Source of the DNA: Candidatus Poribacteria bacterium | Lineage (GTDB): Bacteria > Poribacteria > WGA-4E > WGA-3G | NCBI GenBank assembly: GCA_963663765.2 | Contig: CAXXUA010000005.1 | Location: forward strand, 256,001-320,000 | Reading direction: 5' to 3' | Length of the DNA: 64,000 nucleotides | Shown here: piece after piece, positions 10,276-19,787 of the stretch | Numbering within the stretch: the first letter of the stretch is position 1 | Layout: the number at the start of each line of letters is the position of its first letter | Made by a program: the position numbers and the translations under genes | Notes under the pieces: model-generated | Database searches by the model: none | The model's input: only the letters and a program-made list of their open reading frames with translations | Told to the model about the DNA's origin: nothing

Positions 10276-10439
10276 TACAACTCCAATGGTAGTGATATAT
10301 TAACTTTAGAATGATACAAAATTGTGATATTTTTTTGGCAAATACAAGAAATTATTTTTTACGTGTATCAGACCCTATAAACCAGCAATAATTAACACCG
10401 AAATAATTTTCACTTACTTTATGAGGAAAGCCAATTTTT

Positions 10440-11015
10440 ATGTTTGCAGAATTGCTAAGAAAAAGCACGCATCTCTTGGGATTATTCATGCCCATACTTT
10501 ACTTTTTTTTGGAAAGGTCCAAAATGTTAGTCATCATCGGTAGTTTTACTTGTATCGCTTTATGTGTAGAATTAGCAAAATGGTTATTTCCTCCATTCCG
10601 AAATCTTTTTTTTAGGTATCTATCTATCCTGTTACGTTCACACGAGAAAAAAGGTGCTATCACAGGGGCGACCTACTATATCGCAGCAACGTTAATCAGT
10701 ATTTTCGCCTTTAAAGAATCTGTTGCTATTACTTGTCTGTTTTTCATTGGATTGGGAGATACTGCAGCCGCATTAGTCGGGGGTCAATGGGGAAAAACAA
10801 AGTTGATTGGTAAAAAGAGTTTAGAGGGAAGTGTTGCTTGTTTTGCGGTCTGCGGTATAACGGCTCTTTTTTTAATACACCCTATTGTCGGTCTTACTGG
10901 TGCGTTTGTTGCTACCCTTGCTGAACTTTTGCCCCTCCGAATAAATGACAACCTTACAGTACCGCTTATTTCTGGTGGTGTGATGCAACTTATGAGTTAT
11001 TACATACCACTATAA
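10440..11015 (+). CDS. CTP-dependent isoprenoid/dolichol (phytol) kinase family membrane protein
   Basis: 'RKSTH', 'GDTAAALVG..WG', 'KKSLEGS', 'NDNLTVP' motifs. Confidence 0.85.
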   Translation: MFAELLRKSTHLLGLFMPILYFFLERSKMLVIIGSFTCIALCVELAKWLFPPFRNLFFRYLSILLRSHEKKGAITGATYYIAATLISIFAFKESVAITCLFFIGLGDTAAALVGGQWGKTKLIGKKSLEGSVACFAVCGITALFLIHPIVGLTGAFVATLAELLPLRINDNLTVPLISGGVMQLMSYYIPL

Positions 11016-11090
11016 TTTCATATATCAAAATATTAGGAAAAATAAATAAATCTTCTAAAAACTTTACATTCTCCAAACCGACAAATAAAT

Positions 11091-11119
11091 TTGACTTCTG
11101 ATACAATATACCGTATAAT
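11091..11119 (+). promoter_or_regulatory. Sigma70 promoter of the his operon
   Basis: TTGACT-17 nt-TATAAT. Confidence 0.75.
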
Positions 11120-11152
11120 TATTTCAGAGAATCAAATTTATCAAAATATGAT

Positions 11153-11200
11153 ATGACTATGCTATTATTCTGTGACCATCATCATTCAATCCATTCCTGA
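11153..11200 (+). CDS. hisL: Histidine attenuator leader peptide MTMLLFCDHHHSIHS
   Basis: 15-codon ORF with 4 CAT codons (3 in tandem) directly after the promoter and upstream of hisZ-hisG-hisS. Confidence 0.75.
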   Translation: MTMLLFCDHHHSIHS

Positions 11201-11360
11201 GTAGGGCGGATTAGATGATGAGGTAATATTCTTATACATCATAGTGGACACGAAGCAAGGAATACTTGCTACTATCCCGGTAAACTAACCGCTCTCCTCC
11301 GCGCCGAACTATAGGCACGTTGAGACCATGGAGCAACTTGTTTGCGGGGTTTTTTGTTTA
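11177..11360 (+). promoter_or_regulatory. Putative attenuator: alternative hairpins and a U-tract terminator
   Basis: CATCAT..AATCC pairs with GGATTAGATGATG; a second CATCAT near 11237 competes for the same strand; GCGGGGTTTTTTGTTT at 11344-11359. Confidence 0.55.
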
Positions 11361-11403
11361 AAGGAAAGCACGTTTACAACTAATTTTATTGGAGAAGTAT
11401 ATA

Positions 11404-12849
11404 ATGGAAAAGTTTACGAAACCGGAGGGAACAAACGATTTTCTACCGGACGAGATGGTGCAACGAAACTTTGCTGAAAATGTCATTCGTGAAACTTTTG
11501 AAAGTTACGGATTCGCACCGATTCAGACACCTTTGTTTGAATCCTTTGCACTCTTGTCCGCGCAATCTGGTGAAGAGATACGACATAAAATGTTTACGTT
11601 TGTTGGACCAGATCGCGTAGACTATGCACTGAGACCCGAACTCACTGCACCAGTCTGTCGACTCATTGCGAATGGAGACCTAAAACATTTACCTTATCCA
11701 TATAAACTCTATTACATAGGACAGTGTGTACGTCATGAACCGAAAACAGATAATTTGGAGGTGCGGCGTGAATTCCGTCAGGCTGGAGTAGAACTGATTG
11801 GACCCGGTTCCCCACTGGCTGATGCGGAACTTATATCAATACCTGTCTTTGTTCTTGAGAAACTCGGTATCACACAAACGAAATTGCAAATCGGGAACAC
11901 CGGAATATTTCGTGGGTTATTTAAGCAGTCCGTTTTAGACCCCAAGGATCTCAGTGAAGTAATTTTAGACATAAACCATCTTTCTCGACTCAGGACAGAA
12001 AGCACACAGTTAGACACAGAATCTCTGCAAAATGAACTCAATATGTTGCGCCGGATGCAAGGCGTTGACTATCAAGGAGAACATCAGATAAAAGCATCCG
12101 ATATTCAGGAAATAACTGAAAACGACACTGCTACTTGGAAAGAGAAGTTACCGCAAATTGCTGAAGAAACCTACAAAGCAAAATGGTACAGATATTTCGG
12201 TATTTCAGAAGAAGTGGCGCACCGTTGCATTGAAGTGTCAAAAATCAGTGGAGATATAGATTCGGTCATGGGAGCATGGGAAACATATATAGGTGATAAT
12301 GCACAAGATGTCCATCAACAACTTTTTGAACTATGCGAATATTTGGAAAACTTTCGTATTATGGATTATGAAATCAATTTAGGTATTACGCGAGGATTTG
12401 ACTTTTATACTGGAACCGTTTTTCAGATAGAGTTAACAGAGAATAATGTACCAATCTGTGGTGGCGGTCGGTATGATAGGTTGATTGAAAGTTTTGGCGG
12501 TCCTTCACTTCCTGGTGCAGGGTTTGCGTTCCAGTTTGATTCACTTATAGAAGCATATTTGACTTCACAGAAATATCCCATTCAAACGAAAAAGGATTAC
12601 TATATTGCTACAACGTCTTCGCATAATATCGATACAATACAACGTCTTGCTGAAGCTTATAGACGCGCAGGAAAGACCGTAGAAATAGATTTAATGGGAC
12701 AGAACCTTCAAGACCAACATGACTATGCTGTTAAAGCGAATTACGAGTATGTGATACGAATTATACAAGACCAGATATTGCGGCGGATACAACTAAAAAC
12801 CGGAAGAAGGGAAGAAATTCTCCTTGAAGATTTAGATGAATGGTTTTAG
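11404..12849 (+). CDS. hisZ: ATP phosphoribosyltransferase regulatory subunit (HisS paralog)
   Basis: 'PEGTNDFLP', 'LRPELTAP', 'REFRQAGVELIG', 'RGFDFYTG.VF', 'GGGRYD'; next to a short HisG and a separate hisS. Confidence 0.75.
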   Translation: MEKFTKPEGTNDFLPDEMVQRNFAENVIRETFESYGFAPIQTPLFESFALLSAQSGEEIRHKMFTFVGPDRVDYALRPELTAPVCRLIANGDLKHLPYPYKLYYIGQCVRHEPKTDNLEVRREFRQAGVELIGPGSPLADAELISIPVFVLEKLGITQTKLQIGNTGIFRGLFKQSVLDPKDLSEVILDINHLSRLRTESTQLDTESLQNELNMLRRMQGVDYQGEHQIKASDIQEITENDTATWKEKLPQIAEETYKAKWYRYFGISEEVAHRCIEVSKISGDIDSVMGAWETYIGDNAQDVHQQLFELCEYLENFRIMDYEINLGITRGFDFYTGTVFQIELTENNVPICGGGRYDRLIESFGGPSLPGAGFAFQFDSLIEAYLTSQKYPIQTKKDYYIATTSSHNIDTIQRLAEAYRRAGKTVEIDLMGQNLQDQHDYAVKANYEYVIRIIQDQILRRIQLKTGRREEILLEDLDEWF

Positions 12850-12895
12850 TGGATGCAGAGAATGACTTATTACCTTACAATTGAGGAAATCAAAT

Positions 12896-13666
12896 ATGGA
12901 AACAGAAAGGACTTTGAACTTACTTTTGCCGAAAGGCACTATTCAGTCTGAGACGCTTGAAACGTTTCAGCGTGCAGGCTATGAAATGAACGGGTACAAG
13001 TCAACGGACAGATCCTATCGTGCGACTTTTCAAGATGACAGTGAGATTCAGATAAAGATCTCTCGTCCACAAGAAATACCTGTTTACGTCGGTATGGATG
13101 ACTTTTACGATTTAGGGGTGACAGGACAGGATTGGGTGGAAGAAACGGACGCGGATGTTGAGGAGGTCTTGCCGTTAGCGTATGGATATGTAAGCATTGT
13201 TCTCGCAGTTCGTGAGGAACGCGACGACATCAATACTTTTACAGATTTGGTGGACCTTGCAGATAGAAACATACGTATATCTACTGAATATCTGAACATC
13301 GCGGAGAAATATATCCTTGAAAAGACCGAAAACCGTGTCGCACCAGCAATCCTAACCCCGTGGAAACGGCTTAACACACTTGGCACATACCAATCCCCGA
13401 TCACGCTGATGCTCTCTTTCGGGGCAACTGAAGGGAAACCGCCTGAGGAAGCAGATGCTATCATTGACAACTGTAGTTCAGCACGCACACTCAAAGCCAA
13501 CAACTTAAAAATAATAGAAGTCCTGCGTGAATCGGAATCCACACTCATCGCGAACACGAAGTCACTAAAAGACCCTTGGAAACGTGAAAAGATTGACGAA
13601 CTAAAGGAAACATTAGCAAAAGGATTGCTGCGGCGGCGAAGCCAAACACTTCCCGGACACATATAA
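12896..13666 (+). CDS. hisG: ATP phosphoribosyltransferase (short form)
   Basis: 'LPKG', 'RPQEIP.YV', 'DLGVTGQDWV.E', 'SFGATE', 'AIID..SSARTLKANNL'; no C-terminal regulatory domain. Confidence 0.9.
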   Translation: METERTLNLLLPKGTIQSETLETFQRAGYEMNGYKSTDRSYRATFQDDSEIQIKISRPQEIPVYVGMDDFYDLGVTGQDWVEETDADVEEVLPLAYGYVSIVLAVREERDDINTFTDLVDLADRNIRISTEYLNIAEKYILEKTENRVAPAILTPWKRLNTLGTYQSPITLMLSFGATEGKPPEEADAIIDNCSSARTLKANNLKIIEVLRESESTLIANTKSLKDPWKREKIDELKETLAKGLLRRRSQTLPGHI

Positions 13667-13677
13667 GGAGCAAGATT

Positions 13678-15015
13678 ATGTCAACTTTCATAAAACCGCG
13701 TGTACCACGTGGTATGCGGGACATTCTACCTGAACAGATGATTCGTAGGCAATATGTGATAGATGTTATCCGTGATGTGTTTGAGGAATTTGGGTTTGAA
13801 CCGTTGCAAACACCCGCACTGGAATTGTCTGAAGTACTCACGGGTAAATATGGACCGGATGCAGAAAAACTAATCTATCAGGCTGGACATACGGGTGGAA
13901 AAGAAGACATATCCCTTCGCTACGATCTTTCTGTGCCACTCTGCCGTGTTGTTGCGATGTATCCACAGTTACCGAAACCGTTCAAACGGTATCAGATTGA
14001 TCCTGTGTGGCGTGCTGAACGTCCACAAAAAGGACGTTATCGTCAGTTTTTTCAATGTGATGCGGATACCGTCGGCAGCGAAAGTATGTTAGCGGATGCA
14101 GAAAATGTAAGTCTGATATTTCAAGTATTGTCACGCCTTGGTTTCAAGCAGTTTGAGATCAATATCAACGATAGGAAACTGATTACTGCAATAGGACAAT
14201 ATGCTGGTGTTCCAACTGCACAACTCGGTGGACTTTATCGTTCTATTGACAAATTGGACAAGATCGGTGTGGACGGTGTCATCTCCGAATTACAGGAAAA
14301 TGAGATACCTGAAGATGTTATTAACAAACTGATCGGATTGCTGCAAGTTGATGGTGATGCTGCAGATGTACTAACTGAGATGAATCAGCGACTCGGTAGT
14401 TTAGAAATGGCACATGAAGGTATTGCAGATTTGGAAAAACTAATCAATTTTCTTACAACCCTTGGTGTACCAGAACAGTATTACAGAGTTAACGTTGCTA
14501 TGGTGCGAGGTTTGGAATACTACACCGGACCTATATACGAAACGGTTGTTGAAGAACCGAAGATATGTAGCATCACTGGTGGCGGCAGGTATGACGAACT
14601 TATCGGAAGTTTCAGCAAACAGAGTTACCCCGCAACAGGAACAAGTTTTGGTATTGAACGGATTATTGATGTGATGGAAGAATTTGATATGTTTCCAACT
14701 ACTGTAGGAAAAACGGTAACACAAGTGCTCATGACCGTTTTTGATGACCAATTGATGGATGAATCACTGAAGTTAGCAACTGTGTTAAGGCAAGGTGGCA
14801 TACGAACAGAGGTATATTTCCGTCCGACCAAAATCAGCACGCAGTTGAAATATGCCGGTAATAAAGGCATACCTTATGCCGTCATTCTCGGCTCGGATGA
14901 GTTAGCAACGGGGAATGCAGCTGTTCGCAACTTGACAACCAGAGAACAGGAAAATGTTCCATTGGATAAAGTTGTTGATAGGATTAAGTCTATGATAGCA
15001 ACAACATCGGACTAA
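13678..15015 (+). CDS. hisS: Histidine--tRNA ligase
   Basis: 'PRGMRD', 'LRYDLSVP', 'WRAERPQKGRYRQFFQCDAD', 'RGLEYYTG', 'GGGRYD', 'FGIERI'. Confidence 0.95.
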   Translation: MSTFIKPRVPRGMRDILPEQMIRRQYVIDVIRDVFEEFGFEPLQTPALELSEVLTGKYGPDAEKLIYQAGHTGGKEDISLRYDLSVPLCRVVAMYPQLPKPFKRYQIDPVWRAERPQKGRYRQFFQCDADTVGSESMLADAENVSLIFQVLSRLGFKQFEININDRKLITAIGQYAGVPTAQLGGLYRSIDKLDKIGVDGVISELQENEIPEDVINKLIGLLQVDGDAADVLTEMNQRLGSLEMAHEGIADLEKLINFLTTLGVPEQYYRVNVAMVRGLEYYTGPIYETVVEEPKICSITGGGRYDELIGSFSKQSYPATGTSFGIERIIDVMEEFDMFPTTVGKTVTQVLMTVFDDQLMDESLKLATVLRQGGIRTEVYFRPTKISTQLKYAGNKGIPYAVILGSDELATGNAAVRNLTTREQENVPLDKVVDRIKSMIATTSD

Positions 15016-16399
15016 AGAGATGAGGGTAGTTCTTGAACGACAGGTATGACATAGCTGCGAATCGTAAATCCATCCAATGTATCAGTTTCTAAGCGGGATT
15101 CAGCTACTTGGCGATGATCAAAGACGATATAGTATCCTTCAATCGCACCTTCTGATTTAAGATAAGCAGCAAGTTGCCGTTTTCCCGCCTGATGGCGGCG
15201 GTCATTTTCCCAAATCTTAGTTTCAACAATATATTTCTGTGTGTTGTGAAGGATGAGTAAGTCTATTCTTCCGCGTCCTGTTTGGACTTCAAGGTACATT
15301 CAAGACCGTTAATGAATGGTTGAAACGCTTGCATGATACAATACTGATAGATTGGATTTACAATCTTACACATTCCATCTACACCTTTTGCAATAACTCC
15401 GAAAGTTGTGAGTTGTTTGATTGTGTCAATATGTATATTATACTGCACGCCTTTTTCGTAAGAAACTATTCTCATGAGTAGATTTTCAAAACGGGAATCT
15501 CTTTTAATATTTGTAAGTAAATGGTTTATATTGACGTTATCTTCTTCAAGTAAAAACGCAAGTCCATTAGAAAAATGCGACATCGTAATTGTCTCAGTAT
15601 TTGGAATTTCTAATTCTTCAGTTATTATTTGTGCTAATCGGTTCACAAGGAACGGTTGACCAGCAGTTTGCTTATGAAGTGCATCAATTACTTCTGGTGA
15701 GAAGGATTGTCCGGTATCGTCTGTATATTGTCCCAACAACTCTTTCACCTGTTGTTGGGTGAAGTTCGGTAAGTTGAACTCATCTTGAATATTGAATGGT
15801 GAAACGGATCTATCGTAGTTCAGTTGCGTGATGCTTTTGACACCAACGATGCCGACACTATGGGGACAGCGCGTTTCATCGGAAAGGTAAATATCACGAA
15901 GCGAATGAAGAAAATCACTGAGAACGGACTGAGGGATTCCATCAAACTCGTCTATAATCACTACTACCTTCTGGTCGGTATATTGACTTTGAAGAGTATT
16001 GGAATACTGCTCAAAAAAATCCATCATTGAAATGTGATTTGTTATTTTCGTGTTCTCAAGAAAACTGCTAAGTATCCCAGATAGGTTGTCTCCTCTCTTT
16101 AGAATAACTTGAGTGATTTCCTTACATATCCTATTGCATAATGCTTCGTAAAATTCTGAGGGTGCGAGATTGCTATACGCTTCAAAATTAAGTTGAATTG
16201 GAAAGTAACTTGACGAATTGGTTACAAGCGTGTCAAGTGCCATTCGGAAGAAAGTTGTTTTGCCTGTTTGACGGGGTGCAAAGAGTACGATGTACCGTCC
16301 CTCTTTCACGCGTTGGAGAAAATCATTGATTTCCTCGCTGCGTGGTACAACATAGTGCTTTCCGGGATATACACGTCCCTGAGTACCAAAACGTCTCAT
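15012..16399 (-). pseudogene. AAA-like ATPase / PD-(D/E)XK nuclease gene split into two frames
   Basis: Walker A 'APRQTGKTT' and Walker B 'IIDEFD' in 15263-16399; 'EVQTGRGRIDL...VETK' nuclease tail in another frame at 15012-15299. Confidence 0.65.
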
Positions 16400-16474
16400 T
16401 TTATCACCTTTTCTTATTGAAATTCTTAGCAATAAATTGTATCACATCATTTGATGCAAGTCTATAGATAATTC

Positions 16475-16961
16475 GGGTGTGTAAAGTTATTGCACAAACT
16501 ACTCATTCTTCATTGTAAGGCGAGGCTCTGTGCCCGCCCCAACTGATTAAATGAGAGATTGCGGGACACAGAGCCATAATGAGTTTTGACGTTCAAGTTG
16601 TGTATTCGTAGGGGCGTGGTTGCCACACCCAATCTACGCAAACTTAATAACCAAAGGGGTTGGGGAACCCAACCCCTACGAATTCAACTACCGATTTTGA
16701 CTGTCAAACTTCATTAGGTGTCAATATAAAGAAATATTGTTAATATTAACCATACGCTTCAGTCCCGTAGGGACGATATGTTTATAGAAATACATATCCC
16801 CACGTCTTTTTAGTCCCGTAGGGACGATATGTTTATCCTTCTATGTCGTTCCTACGGAACTAAAGAGAGGGGATGTGATAAAGTCTTTCTATAAACATTG
16901 CGTCCCTACGGGACTAAAGAGAACAAAAGTTAGCACATCTGTGCAAAAACTTTACACACCC
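16475..16961. mobile_element. 487-bp MITE with IS256-like ends, an 8-bp TSD, REP cargo and a nested 140-bp element (16577-16716)
   Basis: GGGTGTGTAAAGT...ACTTTACACACCC; GATAATTC duplicated at 16467-16474 and 16962-16969; inverted copy at 60188-60675. Confidence 0.9.
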
Positions 16962-17023
16962 GATAATTCTGTTCGTTGTCATCAAATATGATCTGTATAT
17001 TCAAATACAAAGAGAGATAGATT

Positions 17024-18193
17024 ATGAAACTTTACAAGCGTTCGCGTATCCTTTGGAGCATTATTGCACTTGGAAGCATTTTCCAGATGGTGCATCTGAC
17101 TTTTGTTGGGTGCAGCCATACCACGCCATACTATCATCATGATTTACCTGTAAGTGCGAAACAGGATGTTGCATCAGAAAGTTCATTACGTTACCGTATC
17201 TTGTTGATTGGGGACGGTGGACAACCGAAGCCAGATGAACCGGTTCTAAAGACATTGAAAACCTGGGCACAAAAAGATCCTGAGAAAACAAGCATAGTTT
17301 TTCTGGGAGATAATATGTACCCTGACGGAATGACAGAAGAAAGACTGCATGAAGCATCAACACGTCTTGATCCCCAAATTGAGGTCGTGACTTCCACGAC
17401 TGCTCACGGATTGTTCATTCCCGGCAACCATGACTGGACAAATGGTGATGCAGAAGGTTATCAGGCAATTCTTTCCCAAGAAGATTATATCAACAAAGCA
17501 CTCACACGAACTCCAAATTTCCTACCACAAGGTGGCACTCCTGGTCCGACTGTTTTGGATCTTCCAGACATTTCACCTGTTGTACGTGTCATTGTGCTTG
17601 ATACACAGTGGTGGCTACACCAAAACGAAAAACCACAGAAAGCAATAGAGTCTATCATATCTGAACTCAAAGACACATTAGATACTGATTTTCCAGTTGT
17701 TGTTGTTGGTCACCATCCATTACAAACCTATGGAACACATGGTGGTTTTTTTAGTTGGAAGGCACACCTTTTTCCACTGAGAGAATTAGAAAAATGGTTA
17801 TGGGTGCCTGTTCCAATCGTTGGATCTCTGTATCCATTGAGTCGGTGGTATTTCATAAGAAATGTTCAAGACCTAAACAATTCAAAATATAAAGAAATGG
17901 TTTCACAACTTAACGCTGCCTTTACAGCAACGAAAAGGACACATCTATTAATATATGCTTCTGGTCATGAACATTCTCTGCAGGTATTGAAAGGTGAAAC
18001 CACAGATTACCTTCTTATCAGTGGACTCGGTTCCAGTGAAAAGGCGACAGAGGTAGGTCATGGGGTTAACACATTATTTTCGCATCAACACTCAGGGTTT
18101 ATGTCTATAGATTTTTTGTCGGATAAGAGAGTCTTACTACGGGTGGTTGAACCGAATGAAAAAGAGGTGCTATTTCATCATTGGTTGAAATAG
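17024..18193 (+). CDS. Calcineurin-like metallophosphoesterase lipoprotein
   Basis: 'GDGG', 'FLGDNMY', 'PGNHDW', 'GHHP', 'SGHEH'; 'FVGC' lipobox. Confidence 0.9.
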   Translation: MKLYKRSRILWSIIALGSIFQMVHLTFVGCSHTTPYYHHDLPVSAKQDVASESSLRYRILLIGDGGQPKPDEPVLKTLKTWAQKDPEKTSIVFLGDNMYPDGMTEERLHEASTRLDPQIEVVTSTTAHGLFIPGNHDWTNGDAEGYQAILSQEDYINKALTRTPNFLPQGGTPGPTVLDLPDISPVVRVIVLDTQWWLHQNEKPQKAIESIISELKDTLDTDFPVVVVGHHPLQTYGTHGGFFSWKAHLFPLRELEKWLWVPVPIVGSLYPLSRWYFIRNVQDLNNSKYKEMVSQLNAAFTATKRTHLLIYASGHEHSLQVLKGETTDYLLISGLGSSEKATEVGHGVNTLFSHQHSGFMSIDFLSDKRVLLRVVEPNEKEVLFHHWLK

Positions 18194-18233
18194 AACACCC
18201 CAATTGTATTCATCTTTATTTCTGTTGCTCATT

Positions 18234-18497
18234 CTAATCAGTATACTTCAGATATTCCATCTGCTGCAAGTATGGCTCAACATCGTCTAATTGATAACGG
18301 ATATCGGTTAAGTCAGATGCTACCTGATTTAAGTCTGTTTTTATTTGTTGATACTCCACTTGTGCTTTATTGGGAAAGTACCCAGTTTTCTTAAGAATAT
18401 TGTCGGTAATCAACTTAACAGCAACAAGTATTGTAATCGCTAAGAAAACTGATGCAGTTAATGGCAACAATAATAGAAAAGCTGCTAATCTAGTCAT
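18234..18497 (-). CDS. Small protein with a TM helix and a coiled coil
   Basis: AAGGAG RBS, N-terminal hydrophobic helix, heptad-like tail. Confidence 0.6.
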   Translation of the reverse strand: MTRLAAFLLLLPLTASVFLAITILVAVKLITDNILKKTGYFPNKAQVEYQQIKTDLNQVASDLTDIRYQLDDVEPYLQQMEYLKYTD

Positions 18498-18509
18498 TGA
18501 TATACTCCT

Positions 18510-18749
18510 TTATTCAGCAATACCTTTTGCAATTTGTAAAAGTTCTCTCATCTGTTTTTTGAGTCCGGTAGTTTCGTCACGCAAAAGCGAAACTTGTTCC
18601 TGCAAAGCAGTTATTTCACGTTGGGATGCACCGTGTCTATAACCGCGTTTCTTTTCCGTATAGGATATACCCATCCAGACACACCCAAGTACTGTTATGG
18701 TAAAAGAAGACCCACATATTATCAATCCTATTAGTACAATTCCTGACAT
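18510..18749 (-). CDS. Small protein with a TM helix and a coiled coil
   Basis: AAGGAG RBS, TM segment, 'ITALQEQVSLLRDETTGLKKQMREL' heptads. Confidence 0.65.
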   Translation of the reverse strand: MSGIVLIGLIICGSSFTITVLGCVWMGISYTEKKRGYRHGASQREITALQEQVSLLRDETTGLKKQMRELLQIAKGIAE

Positions 18750-18959
18750 TGTTATTTCTCCCTTTATGTTTGAATAATGCTTAATAGAGTATTTTCATTC
18801 TTTAAAGGATAGTTAAATCTGTTGAATTTATGCATATTATAAACCAATTATGAGCTACTTATCTTTGTTCTTGTTAGTGTAGATTCCTATAAACTTTATA
18901 TTCTGTTTTTAGTCTAAACTTAACAAGTTTTACACGAAATAGCTGAACGGAGGTAGAAA

Positions 18960-19739
18960 ATGCTTACGCGTAAACAGAAATTAGACTTTCATGAAAATGG
19001 TTTTATTAAAATTTCTGGTGTTGTACCAAAATTAATGGTGGATACTGCACGCAAATTGATTAATCACTCTATCGGTCATGTTGGGATGCACAAAGAAGAT
19101 TTAGAGAAGTTTCGGGCACAAACCTATTGCAATGAAATCCGAAATGCACCGCAAATTGTTGATATTTTCAGTAAAACGCCTATCCAGAATATTGCGGAAT
19201 CATTGATGGGGAAAGGCAAAGTACAGGAACCAAAAGCAGCGCAGATCGCTCTTAGATTTCCGATACAGTTGAATAGCGACCCAAATTTACCACGTGGACA
19301 TTTAGATGGATTGGGAAATGGTAGAAATGGGAATCCAAAAGGTACATACCGTCGCGGTTTTTCAGCATTAGCCGTTACTTATCTGGCAGATGTCCCTGAG
19401 CAGTTTAGCGGTAACTTCACTGTCTGGCCAAAATCACACAGTTTCTTTGCTGACTATTTCAAAAAAGAGGGACATGAGGTGTTAGCAAATGGAATGCCAC
19501 GTCCAGAACTCCCAGAAGGTCCCACACAAATTACTGGCAAAGCGGGAGACGTTGTCCTTACACACCACCAAATAGTACATTCAGCGGCACCGAACGCATC
19601 CGCAGATATTCGTTATGCAGTGATCTTTCGTCTGCGTCATGTGGATTGTTCAGAGAACGGACATGATGGTTATACAGATATTTGGCGTGAATGGCCTGGA
19701 GTGCAAGCAGCGGTTGAAAGGAAAAATGCCCAAAAATAG
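18960..19739 (+). CDS. Phytanoyl-CoA dioxygenase (PhyH) family Fe(II)/2-oxoglutarate oxygenase
   Basis: 'FHENGF', HxD 'GHLDG', 'GNFTVWPKSH', 'AGDVV.....VH', 'RYAV'. Confidence 0.85.
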   Translation: MLTRKQKLDFHENGFIKISGVVPKLMVDTARKLINHSIGHVGMHKEDLEKFRAQTYCNEIRNAPQIVDIFSKTPIQNIAESLMGKGKVQEPKAAQIALRFPIQLNSDPNLPRGHLDGLGNGRNGNPKGTYRRGFSALAVTYLADVPEQFSGNFTVWPKSHSFFADYFKKEGHEVLANGMPRPELPEGPTQITGKAGDVVLTHHQIVHSAAPNASADIRYAVIFRLRHVDCSENGHDGYTDIWREWPGVQAAVERKNAQK

Positions 19740-19750
19740 TGGTAATAAAG

Positions 19751-19780
19751 AAACGGGTGATCTATATGAAACACCCGTTT
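19751..19780. terminator. Bidirectional terminator-like hairpin
   Basis: AAACGGGTG...CACCCGTTT between convergent genes. Confidence 0.6.
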
Positions 19781-19787
19781 AGTTGCT

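Noticed and set aside
11120-11390. T-box riboswitch upstream of hisS
   Set aside because: No TGGNACCGCG T-box sequence; the His-codon leader ORF explains the region better
13105-13662. Long antisense ORFs (also 5727-6260, 19912-20334, 58587-59030)
   Set aside because: Shadows of well-supported genes on the opposite strand, with no recognisable motifs
16761-16916. CRISPR array from AGTCCCGTAGGGACG repeats
   Set aside because: Only 3-4 units, in both orientations, inside a TIR/TSD-bounded element, with no cas genes
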